A stretch of 24,498 nucleotides of DNA from a virus (taxonomy: Duplodnaviria; Caudoviricetes): the IMG/VR virus record IMGVR_UViG_3300033076_000816, positions 1 through 24,498 of that record. One strand, written 5' to 3'. A program made the position numbers and the translations under genes. The notes below the pieces were generated by a model that was given only the letters and a program-made list of their open reading frames with translations, had not been told where the DNA came from and ran no database searches. How positions within the stretch are numbered: the first letter of the stretch is position 1; each line of letters starts with the position of its first letter. Of this stretch, positions 1-8,463 are shown piece by piece.

Positions 1-21
1 AGAATTCACAAAATCATTATC

Positions 22-1131
22 TCACAATGTGATCCGCTCGTATACAAGTTCTTTGCCTTTTACAAGAGGACGGTAGTCAAGGATCGCATAGTACGGCTCT
101 TTTACCCTGCGCCCCGCCTTGATTGAATCTGCGCAGAGCTTAGCCACGTAGGTTCCAGTTGCCGGCTGCACAGCCTTTCCAAGTTCAGCGTACTGTGTAT
201 TAACACTTCCCTGAAACTTGAAGCTGAGCGGCCAGCCTCCCAGGATTTGTTGTTCTTCGACTGACAGATAACGCGGAAACTTTGGGTGTATGAGGTTCGC
301 CCCTCCTGTCACGGTCTCGCATACACCGTCTCCCTTGACAAGTTTGACCAAGAATGGAGGTCTGCCTTCACGGTACTCTCTTCCCGTTGAAGTCTTCCTC
401 ATTTTGTACTCACCACCCGTCATGCGATCAACGAACTGCCGTAGTGATCCAGTTTTCTTCTCGGCCTGCATCGCCATGACCTGCTTCTTCCGTAGGTCTG
501 AAATGGGAGACACAGAGACAGCTTTCACCCCAGACTTAGTGAGGAACCGAGAGACGTTTTCTGCCGGCTTAGCCGTAAATGAGAAGGCCTCTTCATCAAG
601 GTGGACCTTATGGGCGATGAGGTGGAACCTCGGCCTGGCCTGTGGGCATCCGTGCAGCCTCAGATCAGTGAAGAACAGCGTCACAGAGTAACCTTCAGAC
701 ATCAACTGGTTGGCTACTCCATTGACGAATTCTCTACCGTACTCCCAGGCCTGCGGAACAGATTCCCATACCCAGATCTTGGGTCTGAGCGCCAAGGCCA
801 AAGCCAAGGCGTTGTCGGTGCACGATGTATAGTGTCCGGCGTCTTTGTACGCGTGCCTGCCTTTCTGCACAAAGGTCCCGGCTTTACTCCACGCTGCGCA
901 GGGTGGGTTGCAGTATAACAAATCAAGTGGGCATTTGTCAAGCACGCTCTTAGCTTGAGATTCCCACAGCGCGCGGTCAGTCTCGATAGTCAGATGTGGC
1001 CAATTATGCTGTGCCGTTTTAGTTCCGAAGTTTCCATCCTCGAGGTGCGCTAGAACTTCAAAATACTTCTCGACGCCGAGTGTGAATCCACCAGCAAAGA
1101 TGTAGTTACCAATCGCAGTAAGTTTACGCAT
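22..1131 (-). CDS. DNA (cytosine-5) methyltransferase-like protein with divergent motifs
   Basis: Motif order fits C5-MTases: I YIFAGGF, IV NPPC (catalytic PC), VI WESV (canonical ENV), VIII QARPR, IX RYLSVEE, X ELGKAV (canonical GNAV). Overlaps the stop of the helicase gene. Confidence 0.85.
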   Translation of the reverse strand: MRKLTAIGNYIFAGGFTLGVEKYFEVLAHLEDGNFGTKTAQHNWPHLTIETDRALWESQAKSVLDKCPLDLLYCNPPCAAWSKAGTFVQKGRHAYKDAGHYTSCTDNALALALALRPKIWVWESVPQAWEYGREFVNGVANQLMSEGYSVTLFFTDLRLHGCPQARPRFHLIAHKVHLDEEAFSFTAKPAENVSRFLTKSGVKAVSVSPISDLRKKQVMAMQAEKKTGSLRQFVDRMTGGEYKMRKTSTGREYREGRPPFLVKLVKGDGVCETVTGGANLIHPKFPRYLSVEEQQILGGWPLSFKFQGSVNTQYAELGKAVQPATGTYVAKLCADSIKAGRRVKEPYYAILDYRPLVKGKELVYERITL

Positions 1132-2500
1132 TTTCCCAATACTCTCTCAATGCCATAAAAAGGGTGTTCTGGTTTTTCTCTTTCTTACGGAGTGCCGTGA
1201 GTACGGCAAGGTCAACTGTCTTTCCGGCAATGATGTGGGCGACAAGGACACGTTCACGCTGGCCTGAACGTTTCAGCCGGCGGATCAACTGGTCATAGTT
1301 CTCGTAGTTGTAGTCAAGTGAGTGCCAAACTACTGCGCGCCCGGCTTCTTGGAAACCGTCAACACCATGTGCCATCGATTGGGCATTGACGAAAACGTAC
1401 GGCACTTCTCCACGGTTCCAGGCTTCAATGAGTGCTGGCATATTTTTAGGCTTGACACCACCATCTCCTATGAATGGAGTGTCAGGACCCAGAGCCTTTT
1501 GTAACCGCTCGAGATCATGCCTGAAGTCATAGGTGATGAGTGCTGGCTGTCCTGCCAGCTCTTCTATGAGATCTTTGACGGCCTCTGTCTTTTCATCGTG
1601 GATGTGCTGCCATATGTTCTTCTTGGCGTCGATGAAGACTCCGCCATTGGCGATTTGCCGGCACTTGTTAAGTGCCACACCGACATTGGCCGCGTTGATC
1701 CTTCCTTTCTGGAATTCAAGCTGCAGCGTATTCTCCATCTGGTCATAGGCTGCCCGTGCCTTCTTGGGCAGGTCAATAATGATGTCTTTCTCAATGACCT
1801 CGGGAAGGTTCAAATAATCTTCGTCGTGTGCGTAGAACACGCGGGGAGAAAGAATCTCCTGGAATTTTTTCTCGGTACCGAGTTTTGGCAGCCAGTCTTT
1901 GACACCATATCCAAATGGATAGAAGTGTTCTTTTCTCCACTTAGTGATGTATGGACCGAACGAAGCGCCACGGTCCATGACATAGACCTGTCCAAATAAA
2001 TCATTGAGGCCATTCGCCATTGGCGAGCCTGTAAGTATGACCCGACGCTTGAAGAAGCGGAGGATGGGCTTCAATAAGGTGTGTCGCTGTGAGTGGATAT
2101 TCTTGACCTTTGAAACTTCATCAACCACAAGCATGTCGAATGGCCACTTCTTCATCTCAGACAATCTGTCTGTCAGCCAATCAATGCCTTCATAGTTTAT
2201 CAAGTAGATGTCATGTTTCTCATTGAGCACTTCGTCTTTATTCTTCCCATGCATGATACCGACAGAGAACTCATTGAAATCTTCCCACTTCTTGACTTCG
2301 TTTGGCCATGAAGTATAGCAGACACGCAGCGGTGCCAAGACAAGCATCGACTTGACCATCCCGACTTCTTGCAGTACTTTGAATGCGGCAAGAGTAATGC
2401 TTGTCTTGCGCATCCCTGGTTTCAAGAACAGCCCGGAAAATGACTCGGTCAACAAGTGCTCGACAGCACGTTCTTGGTACTCGGCAGGTTCCCACTTCAT
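1124..2500 (-). CDS. SNF2/SF2-type phage helicase
   Basis: Q motif YQ, Walker A-like KPGMRKT, APLRV, INYE, Walker B VVDEVS, motif III LTGSP, late motifs AHGVD and QLIRRLKRSGQ. Confidence 0.9.
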   Translation of the reverse strand: MKWEPAEYQERAVEHLLTESFSGLFLKPGMRKTSITLAAFKVLQEVGMVKSMLVLAPLRVCYTSWPNEVKKWEDFNEFSVGIMHGKNKDEVLNEKHDIYLINYEGIDWLTDRLSEMKKWPFDMLVVDEVSKVKNIHSQRHTLLKPILRFFKRRVILTGSPMANGLNDLFGQVYVMDRGASFGPYITKWRKEHFYPFGYGVKDWLPKLGTEKKFQEILSPRVFYAHDEDYLNLPEVIEKDIIIDLPKKARAAYDQMENTLQLEFQKGRINAANVGVALNKCRQIANGGVFIDAKKNIWQHIHDEKTEAVKDLIEELAGQPALITYDFRHDLERLQKALGPDTPFIGDGGVKPKNMPALIEAWNRGEVPYVFVNAQSMAHGVDGFQEAGRAVVWHSLDYNYENYDQLIRRLKRSGQRERVLVAHIIAGKTVDLAVLTALRKKEKNQNTLFMALREYWENA

Positions 2501-2853
2501 CTGCGCAGCCTCACTCCATGCTCTATCAACGATTCTTGTACAAAGGCAATCGCCAGAGTTGCACTATTAGTCACATAGACGAAGTGACCTAGTTTTTCCA
2601 TTTCATCAAACATGCTTTTTTGGCCGTCAGAGACATTTGACTCTTTTCCAGGCCGCTTGAACTCAATCCAACAAGAAAACTTCTGTGGACCGATAACAAG
2701 CCGGTCCGGCCAGCCAGCGTACCCAAGTCCGTTCATCTTCCTAGTCTTGAGACTGATGCCCCAGGCTTCGGCAGCCTCTTTCAGTTTCTGGACGAACTTA
2801 TCTTCGATCGAAGACTCGAGAGGCACCCTCGGCTTTTTCTTGAATGTTGGCAT
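2497..2853 (-). CDS. VRR-NUC domain nuclease
   Basis: LESSIE...GYAGWPDRLV...WIEFKRPG...SDGQ pattern of VRR-NUC PD-(D/E)XK nucleases. Start moved from 2898 to the ATG at 2853, just after the upstream stop at 2856. Confidence 0.85.
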   Translation of the reverse strand: MPTFKKKPRVPLESSIEDKFVQKLKEAAEAWGISLKTRKMNGLGYAGWPDRLVIGPQKFSCWIEFKRPGKESNVSDGQKSMFDEMEKLGHFVYVTNSATLAIAFVQESLIEHGVRLRR

Positions 2854-2855
2854 AT

Positions 2856-3569
2856 TCAGAACTGGCAGGGGCCGCCTTTGCTCTTTGAGTATGGGCACCA
2901 GCGACAGGCATTGCCAGGCTTCTCTTTGAACTTGGTGTCAGCCAACATCTTCTTCGTACGCAGTTCCCACTTCTTCTTGAGTTTGGGAAGATCTTTGCGA
3001 TGGTAGACCTCTTCATTCTCAACTGTTTTCCCGTGGTCGATGAACACAAGACTGGTCTTGGCAACCAGTGCCGTCGGGTAGGCAATGAGTCCGGCGATAC
3101 CGTACAGCTCCAACTGGATCGGATATTCTTCTTTGACGACCACGTCACCCGTGGTCTCGACCTTACCACCAGACTTGAAGTCATGCACCTCAACAGTCGG
3201 GATATCAGCGTCAGCAATGGGGGGGATCGTCACGTCAGCTTTGATGCGACACCACGCTCCATTCCAATCATCCCACCGTGTGAGTGACCAGTCTTTCTTG
3301 AAGGTGAAGTCAGCCTCGGCCAAAGCCCCTCGTTTCTTGAAGTCTTTGAGCTGTACAGCGATCGGCTTTATGCCTGCCGGCAGTCTGCCACCGACCTTTA
3401 GGTACTTCTCGCACATCGAGTGCAACTCAGTACCGCGCGCCATGGCCGGAGAAGAAGGCTCTGGCAACTTTTTGATGAACTTGAAGAACGCCCTTTTCGG
3501 GCATTCCTCATAGAGGGACCAGCGGCTGAATGACCAGCTTGTCAGTTTATTTGGTTGTTGATAGGCCAT
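2856..3569 (-). CDS. PD-(D/E)XK exonuclease, Cas4/RecB-like
   Basis: WSFSR..YEECP N-terminus, RGTELH, KAD...HDFKSG, QLELYG, C-terminal CRWCPY...C cluster (four Cys, possible Fe-S staple). Confidence 0.85.
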   Translation of the reverse strand: MAYQQPNKLTSWSFSRWSLYEECPKRAFFKFIKKLPEPSSPAMARGTELHSMCEKYLKVGGRLPAGIKPIAVQLKDFKKRGALAEADFTFKKDWSLTRWDDWNGAWCRIKADVTIPPIADADIPTVEVHDFKSGGKVETTGDVVVKEEYPIQLELYGIAGLIAYPTALVAKTSLVFIDHGKTVENEEVYHRKDLPKLKKKWELRTKKMLADTKFKEKPGNACRWCPYSKSKGGPCQF

Positions 3570-3813
3570 TGCGTTCTCGCTCTTCCGTTTCTATGAGTTT
3601 ATCGAGGTAGTGTCGGGCCTTCTTCAGATCCTCAACACGATTCTTGAGCTTGTGGCGCGTAACGTACTTGATGACGTTTCCTTCAAGGTACCCCAATTTG
3701 TTGGCAATTATGAAGTCCCACGGCTGAATTTTCTGCCTCATGTAGTGGTCGCCACCTTCTTGGTGTTCGTTGGCCGAGGTGGCGCGCCGCCAAACTGCTC
3801 CTTGTTCTTCCAT
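3547..3813 (-). CDS. DUF3310 (SaV-like) phage protein
   Basis: QEGGDHY...IQPWDFI...GNVIKYVTR...K..VEDLKKARHYL signature. Confidence 0.85.
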   Translation of the reverse strand: MEEQGAVWRRATSANEHQEGGDHYMRQKIQPWDFIIANKLGYLEGNVIKYVTRHKLKNRVEDLKKARHYLDKLIETEERERNGLSTTK

Positions 3814-5660
3814 TACTCACACTCCTCCATCTCTGTCCACCGGGTACCGACTGAACCGTCGGACAGCAACGGAGCGTCGATGGCGATACCATTCATCGCC
3901 TCTTTCAAGATCTTCATCTCTTCTTTCCATGCCTTCTTGGGAACTTCACCAAGCATCTGGTCATGTACAGTCAACAACAGCCGGCCATGTTTCTTCATTT
4001 CATGATACCGCAACCACGCCTCTTTGGTGACGTCTGCTGACGAGCCTTGTATCAGGTAGTTGAACATTTTGTAGTCAAAAGACTTGTAGATTCCTTTGAT
4101 GATCTTGGGAGGCTCACAGTAGTACAGCCTGCCTCCCCATGTCCTCATTGGCCGACCATTCCTGGCCATCTCCTTCAAGTCATTTTGGATGTCCTTAATA
4201 CCCGGCAGCATATTGAGGTACGTATTGCGGATCTTCTTGGCCTCAGCCACGTCGACCCCCAGCCTGGCGGCAAGAGCGCCTAGCCCCATCCCATAGAGCA
4301 GGCCAAAGGCTGTATTCTTGGTCGTCTTACGGTTCTCTGCCGTCGCCTCTCCGAAGATGATCTGGGCGGCGTATGAGTGGAAGTCAATTGTTGGGTCTTT
4401 CTTGTAGGCATCCAGCATCGCACCATCTTCGAAGTGTGCCAAGACCCGTAGTTCTTGTTGGCTGAAGTCACGGTCGATCAGGACATTTCCTTTTGAGGCA
4501 ATGATGTAAGCGCGGACAGCCGGGAGCATTGGCAGCCCAAGCTTCTCCAAGTACTTCTTCCACAGTTCAATCGCCTTTTGGAAGTTGGGACTCTTCAATG
4601 TAGGGATATTCTGGAAGTTGGGGGTAGAACTCAACCTCCCAGTTCTCGTACCCCCTCCCTCAGGCTGTGCCACGCTGTTCCACTGTGTGAAGATCTTCCC
4701 GCCTGAGATGAGGGCGGTCCGCAACCAGGGTTCCATGAAGTTGCGTACGCAAGTCGTCAGTGTCGAGTGGTACGTAAACAAGGCCAGCAGCAGCGGAGGT
4801 CTACCTTCCAAGACCTCGGCCAGGGATTCTTTGGAGGTTGACCTGTTGCCTTTCTCTGTCAACGGCCAAGAGATGCCTGGATACTTCTTGTCAAGAGCAT
4901 CGGCGACTTCTTCACCGGCATCCAGGTTGAATTCTTTGCCGCCAAGCAACTTGAATATCCTCTTGGCAGCATCCTCGAGGGCAGCCTGGTATTTCTTGAC
5001 ATCTGCCTCGAGGCGTGTAAGGTCAACTGTGACTCCCTGCCTCTCGTTCTCGAGCAGTACTGGAATTAGCCGGCGCTCACGATCATAGGCCTCACCCATC
5101 TTCTCTTTGATGATCCTCGGCAAGAGCAGGTTTTGGACCTTGGCGGTGCGGTCAGTGTCGCCGCAGGCATACGGGCCGACAATATCTCCTGGTGCTTTAG
5201 AGATGAATGCGCCCCACGACTTCTTGTTAGTTGACGGGACGACCTTATTGGCTACGAGCCAGTCACGAACCGCATCTCGTTCATCTGGTTTCCAGTCAAG
5301 ATGGCGCTCTGCCAGTTCTTTCAGTCCGATCTTTTTGGCGTGTGGATCATCGAGATAGGCAAGGACCATCGTATCGTGTACTCGGTCCCATTGGGGGATT
5401 GGGAGATCCAGGTGGACATTACCAACGTCGAGGTCGAACTTACCATTGTGGAAGCTGAGGTCATCTCCGCTTTTCCAGACGCCAAGGAGCGCCCGCCTGG
5501 CATCCTCTTTTGTGCAGTTATTACCACTTGGGTGTCCCCATGCGAAATACTCACTCTTCTTCCCTGGACGTTTGATCGAAACGCTGGTGGGTACAGGCGG
5601 ATACTTCGGCCTGCCTTCGATCGCCTCAGTCTCGAAGTCTACAAATGAAACATTTTTCAT
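3813..5660 (-). CDS. polA: DNA polymerase family A with 3'-5' exonuclease, no 5'-3' exonuclease domain
   Basis: Exo I VDFET, Exo II FHNGKFD, Exo III YACGD; TRTGRLSS.PNFQNIP; motif A DFSQQELRVLAH; motif B RKTTKNTAFGLLYG (Phe at the 762-equivalent position); NYLIQGSSAD; motif C TVHDQ. Confidence 0.97.
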   Translation of the reverse strand: MKNVSFVDFETEAIEGRPKYPPVPTSVSIKRPGKKSEYFAWGHPSGNNCTKEDARRALLGVWKSGDDLSFHNGKFDLDVGNVHLDLPIPQWDRVHDTMVLAYLDDPHAKKIGLKELAERHLDWKPDERDAVRDWLVANKVVPSTNKKSWGAFISKAPGDIVGPYACGDTDRTAKVQNLLLPRIIKEKMGEAYDRERRLIPVLLENERQGVTVDLTRLEADVKKYQAALEDAAKRIFKLLGGKEFNLDAGEEVADALDKKYPGISWPLTEKGNRSTSKESLAEVLEGRPPLLLALFTYHSTLTTCVRNFMEPWLRTALISGGKIFTQWNSVAQPEGGGTRTGRLSSTPNFQNIPTLKSPNFQKAIELWKKYLEKLGLPMLPAVRAYIIASKGNVLIDRDFSQQELRVLAHFEDGAMLDAYKKDPTIDFHSYAAQIIFGEATAENRKTTKNTAFGLLYGMGLGALAARLGVDVAEAKKIRNTYLNMLPGIKDIQNDLKEMARNGRPMRTWGGRLYYCEPPKIIKGIYKSFDYKMFNYLIQGSSADVTKEAWLRYHEMKKHGRLLLTVHDQMLGEVPKKAWKEEMKILKEAMNGIAIDAPLLSDGSVGTRWTEMEECE

Positions 5661-5665
5661 GCCAA

Positions 5666-5878
5666 CTACGCCTTGGCATGGCTGGCAAGTTCTGCCCGTT
5701 CACGCTCTCCACGGAGGCGAGAGAAACGATTGTGCAGACGTAGCAGTATACGGATCCTCGCCTTGTGTTTTTTCTCGTGCTCTATCAACTGCACAACGTT
5801 CTTCTCGTCAAGTGACATAAGCTTCTGGTTCAGCACAACCCAGTTTCTCAATAGTTCATCAGCCTGTTCTTTTATCAT
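5666..5878 (-). CDS. hypothetical protein, about 70 aa
   Basis: Fills the gap between the terminator and polA; GGAG RBS precedes the ATG at 5878. Confidence 0.7.
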   Translation of the reverse strand: MIKEQADELLRNWVVLNQKLMSLDEKNVVQLIEHEKKHKARIRILLRLHNRFSRLRGERERAELASHAKA

Positions 5879-5892
5879 GGTATTCTCCAACT

Positions 5893-5914
5893 AAAACGGC
5901 CCCGGAAGGCCGTC
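5893..5914 (-). terminator. probable intrinsic terminator after the SSB-like gene
   Basis: Minus strand GACGGCC-TTCCGG-GGCCGTT-TT: GC-rich hairpin with a short U tail, 10 nt after the stop at 5924. Confidence 0.6.
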
Positions 5915-5923
5915 TTTGGTCAA

Positions 5924-6730
5924 TCAATACTTCCGTTTTGCTGCCGGCTTCTTGGCGGCCGTCTTTTTAGCCGCTGGTTTGGCCGCGCCTTCTTCAGGCT
6001 TCGGGTAAGGGTACATGATTTCTTCGGCCGCAAGGTCGTGCTGCCGGATTACGGCTTCCATGGCCTCTTCATCAGCGATGGGTGCCTTCTGGTTGAACGA
6101 GACCTTCACCTGGGTCTTGGGATCTGGAGCACAAGTAATCTCGGTCATGACAGCGAAGGGTGGGATACCCTGGGCACCAAGCCGCTTGGCATAGGCTGTG
6201 TATTCCTTGACTGACGTCACGGGAAGCTTGGCGAAGGCTTTGTCCGCCTTTTCGATCGCTGCCGCCGTCAGCTTGTCACCAGGAAGAAGAGCCAGGCGCA
6301 TGGAATTCTTGCAGGCCTTGCCTTTGCCCTTGTCAGCAGTACCGAACTCGTTCCACTTGCAACCCTTGCACTTCTCGGATTGAGGGGCAGAAGAATCAGG
6401 GTGAGGTTTCATTTCGTCCATGGTACGGCCGAGGGCAAAACAGACGGGTGACACCGGATTATCCTTATCGAAGTCCTCGGCATAGTAGGCGTGCTCAATG
6501 ACACCATCCAAGATGATCGTATCAAGCTTGTTGCCGGCCACAGGCTCCTTGTTGAAGGCCATTTGGCCTGCCCTGAATGAGACGGTATTGCGCCCGGCTC
6601 CAGTTTCGTTGGCGACATCGGTCGCCTGTTTCGCGTACTGCGCCAGGCGGTCTTTCCATGAACCTGGGAGGGCGACAGCGCCACCAGGAGCAGATTTTAC
6701 GACGGCAGTTGCTGCCTTCTTTGTTACCAT
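5924..6730 (-). CDS. putative single-stranded DNA-binding or annealing protein
   Basis: PVCFA...CKGCKWNEFGT...GKGKACKN Cys pattern typical of phage proteins found beside family A polymerases; Lys/Ala-rich tail; AAGGAGA RBS before the ATG at 6730. The function is an inference. Confidence 0.55.
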   Translation of the reverse strand: MVTKKAATAVVKSAPGGAVALPGSWKDRLAQYAKQATDVANETGAGRNTVSFRAGQMAFNKEPVAGNKLDTIILDGVIEHAYYAEDFDKDNPVSPVCFALGRTMDEMKPHPDSSAPQSEKCKGCKWNEFGTADKGKGKACKNSMRLALLPGDKLTAAAIEKADKAFAKLPVTSVKEYTAYAKRLGAQGIPPFAVMTEITCAPDPKTQVKVSFNQKAPIADEEAMEAVIRQHDLAAEEIMYPYPKPEEGAAKPAAKKTAAKKPAAKRKY

Positions 6731-6774
6731 TTGGACTTCTCCTTGAAAGCGCCGCCATACCGACGGCATAAAAG

Positions 6775-6807
6775 ATGATACAGTGACTTATTCCTCACTG
6801 TATACCA
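6775..6807 (-). promoter_or_regulatory. promoter-like element overlapping a 9-bp inverted repeat (possible terminator for the Ro gene)
   Basis: Minus strand TGG-TATACA-N18-TATCAT; inverted repeat ATACAGTGA (6778-6786) / TCACTGTAT (6795-6803) directly after the Ro stop codon. Confidence 0.45.
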
Positions 6808-8238
6808 TTACAGACTCCTCTCGTATGTCTGAATGTAGTTGACGATCGACTCAGAGAAGCCGTCGACGTGTAGCCACTTTCCGTAACCAATACCGTGGCG
6901 GTTGGCAGCCACATTCAGCATATACCCGCGGCCATCCGGGTCAGGAACAGCATCAGCACTTTGCTCGTCAGTGATGACAATCAGGCGGTCATAGTGCCTC
7001 TGATTCGCCCATTCAACAGATCTCCCAACAAATGTTCCGTCTTGGTATCCACCTCGATTGATGACATCAGCCAGGCTAAAACCACGGCGCGGAGGAACAG
7101 CGGGCAGAGGTTCCCGGGCAAACGGGACGATCAGCACGTCTTCACAGACTTCACGCAGCAGTATCGCCAAGGCCTTCATTGCATCTTGCCGTGTGAGGTC
7201 TGATTTACCACTGAGTTTGGCGCTCATAGAGCTTGAGACGTCACACAGCATCAGCGTACGGCCAGGCAACATCTCACTGCCTTCGAGGCACTTGAACATC
7301 CAGCTTTCGAGGTACGGCTCCATCTGCGGGACCATGCGCGCGGCAGAGATGAAGCGGAAAGGCAGGACGCGGCCCCACTGCCGACTTTCTCCGTACTGTG
7401 CGATGATGTCGGCACGAATGCCAGTGCCAAGCATGTTGCGCAAGTTACGGAGGAAAGCCAAGTCACCTAGCTTCTTCTCGTCAAGCAGACGCAGCCAGGC
7501 CTCAGCCGTGTTGCCGTTAGCACTCAGCTCTACCTCCCATGTGTCAGGCGTCTGCAGCTGGTCATAGACAAGCTTGCCGTAGAGCAGCTCGCCTTGGCTG
7601 AAACCATCAGGGCGTTGTATGTGACAGAAGGCTGGATCTGCGGCGAATTGCCGTTCGGCCTTAGCCCAACGCCGTGCTTCAGCATCCACATCAGCCGGCT
7701 TCGAGTGACACAAGAACAGTACATCGCGCAGCATGATGTCTTTCTTGCGATTGTACTTGGCCAGCTGATACTCGTTGAACTTGGTAAATGCTTTGGCAAG
7801 ACCCAGCTTGATCTGCTTGGAGAGTGGACACTTGCCATCCTTCCAGTAGATGGCCAAAAACTCAGAAAGCTCGTCAGGACGCTGGATGACTTCAGCGAGT
7901 GTGTTGCTGATTTGTCGCGGATCGCTGTCGGAGTGTTCAGTTCCGTTACGCTTTGGATGGTTCGCCATGTAGCGGCAGATGAGCAACGGCACATGGCGCA
8001 GCTTCATATTGTTTCGCGCTTCGATGGCCACACCTGCTGCTTGTTCCAGAGTGACCTGATGCACGAGTTCACCGATGCGTTCAGCGATGCTCTTGCCGTC
8101 GATGTAGAAGTTGTCTTCCCACAGCATGCAGCTCATGGTCAAACGAATGAGTTCTTGCAACGGACCGATGCGCGCGGCACGGGCGCCTTCGCCAGTATAG
8201 ATCGGCGCAGCCTGGGTCTTCATGTTGATGCTTGACAT
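6808..8238 (-). CDS. rsr: Ro60/Rsr-like TROVE domain RNA-binding protein with C-terminal vWA domain
   Basis: MSCMLWEDNFY, ARNNMKLRHVP, IQRPDEL, KFNEYQLAKY, LRDVLFLCHSKP, TWEVELS, AFLRNLRNM, VLPFRFISA; vWA MIDAS DVSSSM...GT...ITDEQS; GFSE near the C-terminus. AGGAGA RBS at 8244-8249. Confidence 0.95.
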   Translation of the reverse strand: MSSINMKTQAAPIYTGEGARAARIGPLQELIRLTMSCMLWEDNFYIDGKSIAERIGELVHQVTLEQAAGVAIEARNNMKLRHVPLLICRYMANHPKRNGTEHSDSDPRQISNTLAEVIQRPDELSEFLAIYWKDGKCPLSKQIKLGLAKAFTKFNEYQLAKYNRKKDIMLRDVLFLCHSKPADVDAEARRWAKAERQFAADPAFCHIQRPDGFSQGELLYGKLVYDQLQTPDTWEVELSANGNTAEAWLRLLDEKKLGDLAFLRNLRNMLGTGIRADIIAQYGESRQWGRVLPFRFISAARMVPQMEPYLESWMFKCLEGSEMLPGRTLMLCDVSSSMSAKLSGKSDLTRQDAMKALAILLREVCEDVLIVPFAREPLPAVPPRRGFSLADVINRGGYQDGTFVGRSVEWANQRHYDRLIVITDEQSADAVPDPDGRGYMLNVAANRHGIGYGKWLHVDGFSESIVNYIQTYERSL

Positions 8239-8255
8239 CTTCTTCTCCTGGTTGA

Positions 8256-8325
8256 TTAAGGGAACAAAGCGCTGCGGAATGCACCCAGCATGGAAGGCGA
8301 AGTATCCGCAGCTAACGCCACTTAA
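8256..8325 (-). ncRNA. minimal Y RNA-like element Y1 (Ro-binding stem plus short loop)
   Basis: UUAAGUGGCGUUA-GCUGCGGA-UACUUC-GCCUUCCAUGCUGGGUGCAU-UCCGCAGC-GCUUUGUUCCCUUAA. The ends pair, there is an 8-bp upper stem, and it shares GUGGCG...UUGUUCCC with the two other copies. Confidence 0.8.
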
Positions 8326-8335
8326 AACTTTAGTC

Positions 8336-8463
8336 CATCGGGAACAAGTTGATTCGGAACGTAGGTGCTCTAACCGCTGAGCTACAAGTCTTGCGACCTG
8401 ATGGGATTCGAACCCACGACCACCCTCTTATCAGGAGAAGTAACCGAATCTATCGCCACGACG
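8336..8463 (-). ncRNA. yrlA: YrlA-like Y RNA with circularly permuted tRNA-like domain
   Basis: 5' CGUCGUGGCGAUAG-AUUCGG...CCGAAU-CAACUUGUUCCCGAUG 3' stem encloses a T arm GUGGG-UUCGAAU-CCCAU (8401-8417), an acceptor-like hairpin CAGGUC-GCAA-GACUUG (8385-8400) and a D arm UA-GCUC-AGCGGUUA-GAGC (8367-8384). The T-acceptor-D order and position next to a Ro gene are the YrlA architecture. Confidence 0.92.

Noticed and set aside
8360-8440. Canonical tRNA gene or tRNA pseudogene / attachment site
   Set aside because: The arms are in permuted order (anticodon, T, acceptor closed by GCAA, D), there is no CCA end, and it is enclosed by a Y RNA stem next to Ro. No integrase is present in the window.
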